A stretch of DNA of 64,000 bases from Octopus sinensis (Eukaryota): assembly GCF_006345805.1 (NCBI RefSeq), contig NC_042998.1:135842001-135906000 (forward strand), in the 5' to 3' direction. A program made the translations under genes and the position numbers. Below, piece after piece: positions 13,723-26,760 of this stretch (the first letter of the stretch is position 1; every line of letters begins with the position of its first letter). The notes under the pieces are model-generated. The model worked only from the letters and a program-made list of their open reading frames with translations. It did not search any database and was not told the origin of the DNA.

Positions 13723-15470
13723 TTATATACATATATATATATACATGTATATATACATATGTATATGTATGTATACATGTATATGTATATGTATACATGT
13801 GTGTATACATGTACATGTATGTATACATATGTATGTACATATATATGCGTATGCGTGCGCATGTATGTACATATACATACATATATATATACGTGTGCGT
13901 ATGTGTATGCGTATACATACGTATATGTGTGCGTATACATGTGTGTATACATATACGTATATGTATACATATGTGTACATATACGTATGTATGTGCGTGT
14001 ACATATACGTATATGTATACGTATGCATATGTATGTGTGTATGTATATGCGTATGCGTGTGTGTACATATATATATACGTGTACATATGTATACATGTGT
14101 ATGTACATATGTGTGCATATGTATACGTATATATATATACACATATATATATGTGTGTGTGTGTACGTATGTGTATGTGTACGTATGTGTACATATATGT
14201 GTATGTATGCGTATATATGCGTGTACGTGTGTATACGTATACGTGTATGAGTACATATGTATGTACATATGTGTACATATACGTATACGTATATGTACGT
14301 ATACGTGTATGTGCATATGTGTGCATATATGTATGTACATATGTGCATGTACATATGTGTACATATACATATATGTACATACACGTATATACACATATAC
14401 ATATGTGTGCGTGCGCGTATATGCACGTATACGTATATATACATGCACATATATACATGCATGTGTATACATGTGTATGTATACATATACGTATATGTGT
14501 GTGCATACGTATGTATGCATATGTATGTATGCATGTGTATATATGTACATGTGTATACGTGTGTGTACATGTATGTACATATATATATATATATACGTGT
14601 ATATGCATACATGTGTGTACGTGTATGTATGTGTATGCGTATATGTGTACGTATGTGTGTACATGTGTATGTACGTATATATACATATACATATGTGTAC
14701 ATACATATGTATATGTGTACATGTGTATGTACATATGTATACGTACACGTGTGTGTATATATATACGTGTACGTACGTACATGTATGTATACGTGCGTAT
14801 GTACATATACGTATATATGTATATGCGTATGTATATACACACATATATATGTACACACATGTATATATACATGTATGTACACACGTATATATACATATAT
14901 ATATGCACATATGTATATGCATGTGCATATACATGTACACATACGTATGTACATACATATGTATATACATATATATATACATATGTATGTACGTGTGTAT
15001 GTACATGTGTATGTGCATGTGTATATGTGCATATATATATACGTATATATGTGTACATATGTATATGTGCGTATGTGTGTACATGTGTATATACATATAT
15101 ATGTACATATATACATATGTATATACATGTGTGTATATACGTATGTGTATGTGCATATATGTGTATACATATATATATATGCATATGTGTATGTACATGT
15201 GTGTGTATACATATGTATATATATACATGTATATATATGTACGTGTATGCGTGTGCATATGCATATGTATGTGTGTGTGTACATATGTGTGTATGTGTAT
15301 ACGTGTATGTATATGCGTATGTGTACATATATATGTGCATATATATATGTACATATATATATGCATATATATATGTACGTGTATATATGTGTACATATAT
15401 GTATATATACATATATATATATGTACATATATATGTATGTACATGTATATATATGCATATATATATGTAC

Positions 15471-15501
<31 letters not shown>

Positions 15502-15705
15502 CATATATATATATGTACGTATATATATATACATATATATACGTACATATATATATATACATGTATATATATGTATATATACATATATGTATATATATAC
15601 ATACATGTGTATGTATATATACGTACATATATATATATGTATACATATATGTATGTATATATATGTACATACATACGTATATATACATACATATATATAT
15701 TTATA
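13723..15705. repeat. About 2 kb in-phase purine/pyrimidine-alternating array (TA/CA/TG/CG mix)
   Basis: Directly visible. It is the source of the 650-880 aa artefact ORFs. Confidence 0.95.
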
Positions 15706-15901
15706 TACCTTTAGAACAAGAGAACAAGAAACCATGGTGGTCCTTTGGAGGACACATATATATATATATTACATATATATATATATACATATATATATGT
15801 ACATACATATATATATATACATGTATATATATACATATATATATAGATATATACATACATGTATATATATACATACATACATATATATATGTACATACAT
15901 A

Positions 15902-15942
<41 letters not shown>

Positions 15943-15944
15943 AT

Positions 15945-16622
15945 ACCTTTAGAACAAGAGAACAAGAAACCATGGTGGTCCTTTGGAGGACACTTGTCCT
16001 AAGCCACTTTGACTATTGCTCTGAGTTATGGTCACCATCCAGTGTCAAGTTGATCACAGAGCTCGAGGCGATCCAGCGTAGCTACACGAAGAAGATAGCC
16101 TCTATGCAGAATGTAAGCTACTGGGAAAGACTCAAGAGATTAAAACTATATTCCTTGGAGTGTAGGCGGGAAAGATATGCCATAATATACATCTGGAAGA
16201 TCCTGGAGGGACATGTCCTGAACTTTGGCATTGAGAGTTACACAAATGCCAGAACTGGGCGCCACTGCGTGGTGCCTAGGACTCCAAATTTGCCATCAAG
16301 ATGTAGGACAAGATACTGTGATAGCCTGGGCTTCCGAGGCCCACAGCTCATCAATATCCTCCCGAAGAACCTGAGAGACCTGTATGGGGTGGATGCTGAT
16401 GTCTTTAAAATGGAACTGGATCTCTTCCTGTGAGGTGTCCCAGATGAACCAACTTCACGGCCAGAGGTGCAGATGCGGGCAGCTGCATCGAACTCTCTCA
16501 TGCACCAAATGGCAGTTGCTAAAAAGCTTTTGTGAAGTAAAACCAAGTAGCAACCGAAATGGCGGTGCCCCAGCATGGCCACAGCTTATGAGCTGAAACT
16601 AGAATCAATCAATCAATCAATC
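15945..16622 (+). mobile_element. 5'-truncated CR1/L2-group LINE, copy 2 (a different subfamily)
   Basis: [67 protein letters not shown]. In-frame stop at 16431-16433 and an (ATCA)n tail. Confidence 0.9.
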
Positions 16623-16775
16623 ATATATACATATATATATGTATATATACATGTATATATATATATATATGTATATATACATGTATATATATATATGTAT
16701 ATATACATGTACATATATGCATATATATATATGCATATATATATATGCATATATATATATATGCATATATATATA

Positions 16776-16813
<38 letters not shown>

Positions 16814-16885
16814 TATATATATATGCATATATATATATATATATATGCATATATATATATATATATATGCATATATATATATATA

Positions 16886-16925
<40 letters not shown>

Positions 16926-16977
16926 TATATATATATGCATATATATATATGCATATATATATATGCATATATATATA

Positions 16978-17037
<60 letters not shown>
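16623..17037. repeat. (TA)n array punctuated by TGCA/TACA
   Basis: Directly visible. Confidence 0.95.
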
Positions 17038-17473
17038 AACGAAAATTAGAGCATTCAAGTGAAAATAACAAAATTAATAAATTACATATCATTATAGTTT
17101 CATTTATTGCTCACCATTACTGCACAGGAAAAAGATACATACTGCCCACCACTAAACAGAAGAATATAATGGTATAAATGACTTGATAATGCTGATTAAC
17201 CCAAAGTGACCTTCCTCCTTTTGTAATATATGCATAATTAACATAATTACTTTTGTCCCACTTTTAGGACCTACACATTCATTATCTACTTTATATATCT
17301 TATCATTTCATTTCAATGTTACTGTCCTTCATCTTTGTCTTTGAAATGTCAGTCATTCTTTTAATGCACTGGTAGCAATGAAAGAAATAGTGAAGCATGG
17401 GACAAAATGCTTAGCAGAATTTGTTTTTACACTTTGTAAGTTATTTCAAATCCTACCAGGCTGTACAGTTTTA

Positions 17474-17865
17474 TCATCATCATCATCATCGTTTAACGTC
17501 TGTTCTCCATGTTAGCATGTGTTGGACGGTTCGACCGGGGATCTGGGAAACCAGAAGGCTGCACCAGGCTCCAGTCTGATCTGGCAGTGTTTCTACTGTT
17601 GGATGCCCTTCCTAATGCCAACCACTCCGTGAGTGTAGTGGGTGCTTTTTACGTGACACCGGCACAGGTGCCAGGCGAGGCTGGCAACGGCCATCATCGG
17701 ATTGGTGCATTTTACATGCCACCAGCACGGAAGCCAGTCAAGGCAGCGCTGGCATCGGCCACGATTCGGATGGTGCTTTTTATGTGCCACCGGCACGGAA
17801 GCCAGTGTAGGCGGCACTGGCATCGGCCACGTTCAGATGGTGCTTTTTACATGCCACCGGCACGT
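17474..17865 (-). mobile_element. RTE-type 3' end (family C) with internal tandem units of about 65 bp
   Basis: The motif GGTGCTTTTTACGTGCCACCGGCAC recurs at about 17641, 17704, 17772 and 17839. (GAT)n tail on the minus strand. Confidence 0.75.
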
Positions 17866-18378
17866 CTACAAATTCTATACAAAATGCATGGGTCATCCTA
17901 GGGCTATAGTAAAACACATTTGCCCAAGGTAACATGCATTGAAATTAAGCATGAAACCACATGGGTGCAAATTGAACTTCTTAACTACACAACCATACCA
18001 GCACCTATGGTTCTTACTTCAATGGAATGTTTCACATCATTTTGGTGACAATAAAATAAATAACAGTCAAATACCAGTGTCAATGTAATAATTTATTTCC
18101 TGTTTTCAGAAACGTGTGGCCTTGTGCCAGTGTTAGAAATCATTATTAAAGAAAACATTTAAACCTGACTCAAGTTAGAATTGTCATTTTAACAAGATTA
18201 ATCAATAATAAAATGGTATTGCAACAGGTTTTGTGCATTAACATGTCTACACAAGTAGCTAAATTTCAATTCTCACTCAGAAGGAAGGAATAACTGGTGC
18301 TGTAGTGGACATGAAAGTTGACAAGGTAGAGTTGGAAGGAATATACAGACAGACAGACTGATGTGTAAGTAGACAAAC

Positions 18379-18421
<43 letters not shown>

Positions 18422-20979
18422 CAGATAACAGGCTGACAGACAGAGAAGTACAGGAAGATAGAAAGTTTGATAAATAAAGAATTAAATCAATAGATGATTA
18501 GTGGATGGATGGCTGGACAGACAGACGGCCGGCCAAACAGACAGATAAATATGGATAGACATATAGATATTGACGTGTAGTTATACATAGACAAATGGGT
18601 AGGTAAAAGAAAGTAGGCAGATAGAAGAGAAAAAGGTAAAAAGAAAGGTGAATAGAAAGATAGGTACATTTTTTTTTATAGTTAGATAAGTAAACATCCA
18701 GACTGATACACAGACTAATAAACAACCAGATAGATAGATAAATAGCTTCATAAATATATAGATGTAAACATATCTTGGGAATTTTTCAATTATATACATA
18801 CCTACATATGGATACATACATTCACATATACATATATACATACATAAAGATAATATGAACACATATACATTCATATATATACACATGCATACACTCATAT
18901 ATACACATACATCCACATATATACATTTACCAAAACACTCATGATATCTTTCCAATACTTCACAATCAACTTTAACACTATCAACACTGTAAACATCAAA
19001 TCAACTGTTTGTTTTCTGATGCTTGCATCAGTCTACAGATTCTGTCTGGTTATAACAGTTACCACAGCAACAATATGATGGCTTTCTCTGCATCACATAC
19101 ACAATACTTTATTTGCAGATATTTTTCTAGCAACAGATTTATTTGCTGTCATTTCTGCTGCTGTTGTTGTAGTTGTCATTACTTCCTGTCATTTTTGTTA
19201 TTGTTGTTAAGCCCCAGGATAGCTCCAACCGAGCAGATCTATGATCAAGGGCATTTTACCTGAACCATCCTGATTTTTTAGAATTGCATTATCTAATGCA
19301 GTGTTTTACTTAAGTGGGGTCTGAGGAATCCTAGGGTTCAGTGAAAAACTTCTGGAATTCCAGAAACTTGCTCTCTTCCCTTCCACAGTTCCTGGGCAGA
19401 TGGTCTTTGGCAATGATTCATAACACATCATATGTCTAAAATATTACAGCTTGGTGGACTTGATTCTCAACAACAGGTGTATTGGGACAAGTTTTCTAGC
19501 AGTGCATCATTTGTTACTCTCAAATAACATCACTCTATGACTAAGACTGCAGTCTAAATGTTTGATTTTATCTCTTCCTCATAGGAAACTAAATTATTTC
19601 ACTTTTGGACATTTTATATTTATTAATTGCCTATGTAAGCCATCACTAATTTTCTTGGATCTTATTGTTTGCTTTATTAAAAGTTAAAAGTTTGCTGTAG
19701 CCATTCTGTACACAAATGTACTTGCCTCACTCTACTAGGGTGACAATAGGTTCAGGTTTTACTGCTAATTCACTAGTGATACTAATTCACACGGTTTCAC
19801 TGCTAATTCACAAGTATAGGGCCTCTAGTATTTAAAAACCATTTGCTCTAACAACAGAAACATATCCAAATTTGTGAAAACTGTCTTTCCAGTAGATGTA
19901 AATTATTAATAAATATAGAATGTCTCTGATAAAGCATCCAACCTAAATCACTAAGATAACAAGCAACATAATAAACACCATAGAGTGACTTCCACCAGTC
20001 AGTGATGTCAACCGCATATACCTCTGCTGTGAAATGGTTTCCTATTTGTGAATGTATCTCAATATCTTTCAGAAACTGGAAATTAGAAGAAAGTGCTTCT
20101 AATTTGGCACTGAAATTAAAACTAAGACTTGCCAAATAACTCACTTATGTTCCAAACTGCCCACCAACTTATGATAATTCTCTCTAGTTTTGGTACAAGG
20201 CCAGCAATTTTAGTGAATGAGATTTGTTGATTACATCAAATCCATTACCCAACTGGTACATTATGTTATCAACCCCGAACGAATGAAAAGCAAAGTCAAA
20301 TTTTAATTCAGAATGTACAGAGCCAGAAGAAATGCCACTAAACATTTTGAATGACATGCTAACAATTCTGCCAGCTTGAATGATAGCTAACAGACATAAG
20401 GCCACAAATTTGGTAGAGGCTACAGTTGACTACACTGATCCTGCTATTTGACTTGTACTTATTTGATTTAGCCCAGGATAATGAAATGAACAGTCAAACC
20501 AAAAGGTCTGAAGCTCAAAATAGAGACACCACAAGACGTTTTCTCACCTACAAATTGATTATCCCATAATCTTTTATCTTTTACTAGTTTCAGTCATTAG
20601 ACTGTGGCCATACTGGGGCACCTCCTTGAATGGCTTAATCACACAAATCATCAGTCATACTTATTTTTAAGTCTGATATTTATTTTATTAGTCTCTTTTG
20701 CTGAACCTCTAAGTTACAAGGGTATATAAACAAACTAAAACTGATCATCAAGAGACAGTGGGACATGCACAGAGACACAAACACACACATAATAGGCTTC
20801 CACACAGTTTCTGCCAACCAAATTTACTCACAAGACTGATTGACTTAAGGGAGGAGGGGAAGGGGACATAAGTAGAAGACACTTGCCCAAGGTACTATGC
20901 AGTGCGACTGAACCAAAAGCCATGTGGTTGCAAGCTAAGTTTTTTAACCACATAGCTATGCCTGCACCTAAACTACTAC

Positions 20980-21229
20980 TCATCATCATTCATCATTGTT
21001 CGACCATGGTCGAGACAATGGAATTTACCATGCTATGCCAGACTTCACGATCCATCATGGCATTACGGAGGTCCTGTTGCTGGATGCCTGTATCCCTGGA
21101 GATTACATCAGGGAAGGAGAGTGTGCGCCCTCTGGTATTGCGAGTAGATGGCTTCCAGAGGAGAAGAGTGGAAATTACCTCTTTTTCAGCTCTACAACAA
21201 TGTCCAGCAAACTGGACTCTCTTACCTTT

Positions 21230-21232
<3 letters not shown>
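20980..21232 (-). mobile_element. RTE/RTEX-group LINE 3' fragment
   Basis: KRVQFAGHCCRAEKEVISTLLLWKP..RGRTLSFPDVISRDTG..LRNAMMDREVW, then a stop and a (TGA)n tail. Confidence 0.75.
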
Positions 21233-21267
<35 letters not shown>

Positions 21268-21289
21268 ATAATAATAATAATAATAAAAG

Positions 21290-21690
21290 GACCAAATTCT
21301 GAGACATGTCACTTTATACAGATTGGGAGGATAGAGTAAAAAAAGAAAAAGATGTCCAGAGATTATTTTCAAAAGAATATTGTATATGAAAACCAAAAAT
21401 ATCTTCTAATCAACATATCAATTTCAACAAATGACAATATCTGTCTGGGAGAGAAGGAGAAATTATCCACATTTCAAGAAATGGAAAAAGAGATAACCAG
21501 AAATGTGGAGATTGAAAGCAAAAACAATCCCCATCATAATAGTTAACTTGGGAATGATAAAGAAAGAGATGCAAACAAATATCTAAGTGAAACTCTAAGA
21601 ACTATACGCATAAACAACAGAGGGAAAAAAATTTCTGGAGTAGACATTGCACACACATATGTAGAAGAGTTTCAATACACAAGAAAACAC
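21290..21690 (+). mobile_element. Decayed R4/Dong-type restriction-like endonuclease (RLE) region
   Basis: LLINISISTNDNI..EKEKLSTFQEMEKEITR, frameshift, MWRLKAKTIPIIIVNLGMI matches the RLE pattern. Lies next to (TAA)n. Confidence 0.65.
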
Positions 21691-22278
21691 ACACACAGAA
21701 AAAAAAAAAAAGAGCAATAACACTGTGCTTGGTTGTATAGCAAAAGTAAATGTGCAAAAAAAAAAACCTCCTCAATAATAATAATGATGATAATAATAAT
21801 CCTTTCTACTACAGGCACAAGTCCTGAAATTTGAGGGATGTGGGGTTAGTCGATCACACCGACCTCAGTATGTTGACTGGTACTAATTTACTGACCCCAA
21901 AACAATGAAAGGTAAAGTTAGCCTTAGCAAAATTTGAACTCAGAACATAGCAATGGGCGAAATACTGCTATGCATTTTGTCCAGTGTGCTAATGATTCTG
22001 CCAGCTCACTACCTTAATAATAATAATAATAATAATAATGATGATGATAATAATAATCCTTTCTACTATAGGCACATGGCCAGTTTCAGGAAAAGGGATT
22101 ATGTCAATTATATCGACCCCAATGTTCAACTGGAACTTATTTTATTGACCTTGAAAGGGTAAAAGGTAAAGTTGACCTCAGCAGAATTTGAACTCAGAAC
22201 GCAAAGACAGATGAAATGCTGCTCAGCATTTTGCCTGGTGTGCTAACGATTCTGCCAGCTTGCCACCTTAATAATAAT

Positions 22279-22503
22279 GGGTTCAATGGGTTCAATACCA
22301 CCCAATCTGAAAAACCATCTGAAAACCTTAGAGAAACCCTACAATCTAGGTGTATTGCAAAAGTCGACATTACTTGGAGCTGCACGCATATTGCATAAAG
22401 AACTATCTGTCTGAGGTCTTTGTTATGACTTGACAAACAGTACAAACCCACGGTAGATACAATATCTTCAATCAACAACCTCATGATATTGTATACTGTG
22501 CAA
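22279..22503 (+). mobile_element. R4/Dong-type non-LTR element 3' end
   Basis: 22289-22414 translates GSIPPNLKNHLKTLEKPYNLGVLQKSTLLGAARILHKELSV*, matching the LQKxxLLGTAxILRxxL motif. (TAA)n on both sides. Confidence 0.75.
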
Positions 22504-22504
22504 T

Positions 22505-22535
<31 letters not shown>

Positions 22536-22761
22536 AATGATGATGATTTAAAATTTTGGCAGAAGTCTAGTAATTTTGGAGGAAGTGGGATAAATCAATT
22601 CCATCAACCCTAGTACCAGACTGATACCTAATTTAGCGATTCTGAAAGGACAAAAAGCAAAGTCAACCCTGGCAGAATTTGGAGGACTCAGAACATAAAA
22701 TCAGAAGAAATGCTGCTAAGCATTTTTCCTGGCATGGTATCGATTCTACCAGCTCGCTACC

Positions 22762-22799
<38 letters not shown>

Positions 22800-23243
22800 C
22801 TTCTCAATACCACAGATTTGTTTCTCAGTTGTTTGACCATAACTAGTTGAGCATGTCCTTTAGTGGCTGACAATATGTGCATCTCTGATCATGAGCAGAA
22901 GAAGTGGGGGAGCATCAAAGCCATGTGTTGAAAAGAATTCTTTGGGGTTTGGATAATTCACCTTTCGAAACATGAGTGTTTCATTCAATGTCCTTAAACA
23001 ACCCTTATTCAGGGATCTTTTGAGTGGGATGAGTTACCCGACCTGAAGAAAATTCTAACTGGGCCCCCATCTGCAAGGTCATGCACTGTTTATCTTGATA
23101 TGTGATCACCATGTCACATACATATGGTTATGATGCATGTACCTATTGTACCCTTACCAGATGGGTAGTCATGATGGGTATACTGGGCTTCATATATTTT
23201 ACCCCAGTGTCACTTTGATTGCGTGCACTGCTCTCTCACTCGA
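22800..23243 (+). mobile_element. Dispersed copy of the (TAA)n-tailed element triplicated at 1144-2673
   Basis: Collinear similarity to the tandem unit. Ends CACTGCTCTCTCACTC+(AAT)n, as does the stub at 1091-1118. Confidence 0.85.
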
Positions 23244-23297
23244 TAATAATAATGATGATGATGATGATAATAATAATGATGATAACAACAACAAGAA

Positions 23298-23707
23298 AAA
23301 CGTTGATATGTCTCAAGGACTCCTTAAAAGGTAACTTGGTATCAAATTTTTGACATATAACCTGTTTACCACGTATGTGGAAGCTTATGACCAGTGTCTT
23401 GGCAGAAAGTTATATAATCATTTGGAAAGTAACAATCTATTTCCAAAAGAGCAGAAAGGATGCAGGAAACAAAGTAGAGCAACAAAGGATCACTTATTAG
23501 TTAATAAAATGATAATTAGAAATTGTAGTTGCAGATTGATAGGACTGAATGTAGATTACAAAAAAGCATGTGACATGGTAACACACAGCTGGATAAGTAA
23601 AACAATGAGCATGTTTGGAGTGACAGAAAATATGGAGAAAATAGCTAATGAAAGTGTGAAACAGTGGATTACTGAATTGATTGGAGGAAAATGAAAACTT
23701 GGGAAAG

Positions 23708-23710
<3 letters not shown>
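23298..23710 (+). mobile_element. R4/Dong-type reverse transcriptase fragment
   Basis: ITCLPRMWKLMTSVLA, frameshift, YNHLESNNLFPKEQKGCRKQSRATKDHLLVNK..DYKKACDMVTHSWI. Flanked by (TAA)n. Confidence 0.85.
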
Positions 23711-23748
<38 letters not shown>

Positions 23749-23789
23749 CGAAAATACAAAGCTTATCACTTTTATGAAGGGAGATAAAT

Positions 23790-25300
23790 TCTATCACATA
23801 TGTTGAAGGAAATTATGTAAGAGCTGCTGGGTAAACAACATACATTGTTTTCTGGTTTGCAAGCGACCAACCTTGGAGCAGCCAACATACAATTGACCAT
23901 GAGAAAAGCAAGGTTTAATTAAGTGCAAGCCGGTAGATTTCAAAGACTAACCTTGAGCTTTATCAATAGCCATTGCAAAGCAAAGTCACTCTGGGAATTG
24001 TGTTTTTTTTAACTCAAATGGCATGTTTGTTGGTTTGATTGGAGGCTCATCCAGTGATGATGGTAGCTTCTATCACATTAGGTGATAATGTCTTCACAAT
24101 CAACCTTGTCCCATTGCATAATTTAGGTGGATCTAAATTTCTTAGAAGCAATATTAGGACTCCTACCTTCAGTAAAAGTTTATGTGGAGGAGTTCCAAGT
24201 GGCTCAAGGGAATTAAGGAACTCTGTTGGGTAATGGACAGCTTGATTTTCATCAAGGACTGAATCAACTGATTTGTATTCCTTAATGACTGTTGTAATCT
24301 TATTCATTAATTCATGGTTAATCCTTGCTACTTTCTCATTTTCTGGAGCAAGAATTGCCCTTTCACGCAACTATTTATGTGAATTATAATTATTACTTAA
24401 GTCTGGAAATACCTTGTTCTTCAATTCAGCAGGGAAATTCCCCATGATAGCAATATGAGTCAAACTGATATCATCATTCCCATCAAATGGTTCTTTCCCA
24501 TTTCCTAATTGGAGGAGCCAGGTTGAAAACATTGGTCCCCACTTAATAAAGCTTGCATGTTAGTATTGAAGAATTTCTGTACTTTATTCCATAGGTGTGA
24601 AGAATTAATGCATGCTTTTATTTCATCAGATCTTGTTCCTCTTGGAATGACTGGTAATGTCTGTCTGAAGTCTCCTGATAAAACTAATGTAACTCATCCC
24701 ATAGATTTGTTGTTGCCCCTTATGTCCTTCTCTTATAATATTGCTACCAAAGGAGGTCATTTGGAAAGCAGAATTATAAATTCCTAATGTTTTTCAAGAA
24801 GTGCATGCTCCTTAGTGTGTTTCCCAAAAGCAATGCCTTCAAAGTATCTGGGGGTGTACCAAACAACCATTCCTCCACCACAGCATATAGTGGTGGTTTC
24901 TCTTTCCCATTTCTTTCTTTTAAAAAACTGTGCTCTTTTGACATTGCTCCAGTATCAATTTCTCTGTAGAATAATCATGTTTTGGATCATAGTTGAAAGC
25001 TGATCTTTTCCAAGTCCCCTTAAAAGGTGCAACTCTTTTGTCTAACATATTTAGCCTATCTTGATCAAGATGCTTACATCTTTCCTCTGAGGATTGGCAA
25101 AGTCTTGCAGCAACTGTTTGCTCCTGGCTTTTTCTTTGTCTCATCTCTCCTTGACCTATTGTCCCATTGGCAGCTTGTCTTTGTCTTGCATCCTTTAAAC
25201 GTTTTTCTTTTTCCTTCTTTGACTCTTGGCTCCTGCAGATTACATTTTGTTGACGTAATTGTTCAAACCGTTTTACCCATGCTTCTTGTGACTCATTAGC
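23790..25300 (-). mobile_element. Internally deleted, inactive Helitron (N-terminal region joined to a PIF1-like helicase)
   Basis: LSGDFRQTLPVIPRG, RAILAP, EFLNSLEPLGTPPHKLLLKVG..LLRNLDPPKLCNGTRL, FAMAIDKAQG and FSHGQLYVGCS motifs, with stops and frameshifts. Confidence 0.9.
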
Positions 25301-25419
25301 CCTGTGTTCAGCAGCTCTCCTTTGGTCATTTTCAAGTCTTTGCTATCATTGTGTAGGGGGTCTCTAGTGACCTTACTCTGGCTACCTGTACTTGTCCTTG
25401 CTTCACTGTAGAATACTGA

Positions 25420-25830
25420 CCATCTACATCTACACCAGTAGCACACCACTTTCAGTCTCGGTGCTGTGTAGTCTCTGACTATATGAGGACCCCAACACCT
25501 GAAACATGGTCCCATCATTGTTTGCCAAGCTTCTCTCGCTTCATTCTTCTTCCCATTAGTTTCCATTTACCTCTTCATTGTTTTCGTCTCCATCATCATA
25601 CAAACTACATCACGTGTATTGTTCTGAGTCACGATGCGAGTTCGCTCAATCAACTCACTCACCCGCATGGTGTGGATACCTGGTAGCTGCTGCAAACTTA
25701 TTGAGATATGATCAGGAAATCCAGTCACAAAAGTCAACCTCACAACACCTCGGCCAGAGAATGGTCTCTACATGTCGTTGCCTAGTCTAATTGTTGATGG
25801 CATATTTTACCGTGGACAGATTTTTGTTTT
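25420..25830 (-). mobile_element. LTR-retrotransposon gag remnant (Ty3/Gypsy-like)
   Basis: RLTFVTGFPDHISISLQQLPGIHTM..LIERTRI followed by zinc-knuckle-like GPCFRCWGPHIVRDY and VVCYWC. Confidence 0.6.
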
Positions 25831-26319
25831 TCAGCACTACGCAATGAGCCGAAATAGCTTGTGGTGTGAAGGGGAAATTAAGAAAAGAATTGAGACTTTC
25901 TTACTTGTCGATCTGGAGGGAGCATTCTCTTACCCACGTGGACATTCTCTTCTCTTGGTTGTGCACACATGTCTTGCCTTCACAGTGTCCAGTTGCCCTC
26001 TGACCTCTTCCTGTGACTGCTGTGCATGCTCTCTTCAGCACTTCTGTCCTCAGGGACTCCCGACAGGACCTACCCACTCTCCCACTTCCACATTCACCAC
26101 AGCTTCAGCTCAATACCACAGATACCTAAGGATACAGGTAGTGACCTGCTACCTACATAAATCCTACCAGGAATAAGAATGAATCTGAGTCAAATCGGAA
26201 ATAATAATAATGGTTTCATTAAGACACAAGAGCAGCATTTTCTTAAAGGGAGAGAATTGGTCAAAATCCTTGACTCAGTACTTGGTTGATTGGAATTTGC
26301 TTTTTTTTTTGCCAGAGGT

Positions 26320-26760
26320 TCTGCATTGTGTACACAGAAAAGATCTATGGCCATTTTGAGGAAATAGAAATGGAAATCCTCAAATATGTCAAAGCAAGGT
26401 GATTACGACATTTTCCTACATAAACTAAAGGGAGAATAAATTTGCAAGTGTGGTATTATAACTATTGTTAAGAAGAATGTGTACATTTCTTGGAATGCCT
26501 ATTTGATACTAAAATCAAGAAAATGGTGAAGTAGAATATTATACCAATTTGAAGCATGAAATTCTGAAATGTTGCAAAAAACGAAGCTAACATGGTCATA
26601 ATCCTGCTAATCATCACTAGGGTTTTAGGAACTGAACAAAGAATTTGAGAGCAAATGTCAGAAAGTGGATTTTAATCTGGGAAATCTTAATCAATTTACT
26701 TGATTGAACCTGAAATATCCCTGAAAATGCTGAATACAAAATAGAGATATGTACAACATA
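26320..26760 (+). mobile_element. Highly decayed RLE-type non-LTR 3' region
   Basis: Frame-broken pieces FDTKIKK, YTNLKHEILKCCK and VIILLIITRVLGT resemble the RLE domain. Confidence 0.4.

Noticed and set aside
17085-17125. Hammerhead-like AUGGUGAG..GAAACUAUA on the minus strand next to (TA)n
   Set aside because: It has two core mismatches and no stem II pairing.
7379-17177. Many long Y/I/M/C/V/H/T-rich ORFs, up to 878 aa
   Set aside because: They are translations of (TA)n and (RY)n arrays, which cannot contain stop codons while in phase. Only the LINE-derived parts are real coding remnants.
17641-17865. Repeat-spacer-like periodicity suggesting a CRISPR array
   Set aside because: The supposed spacers are homologous to each other, the context is a eukaryotic retroelement UTR, and there are no cas genes.
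19848-20144. 98-aa ORF with DITDWWKS..ERQFS, reminiscent of the hAT dimerisation domain
   Set aside because: Only two short motifs match and the sequence between them does not. It may be a hAT fossil (a hAT-like end lies near 19300) but cannot be supported without an HMM search.
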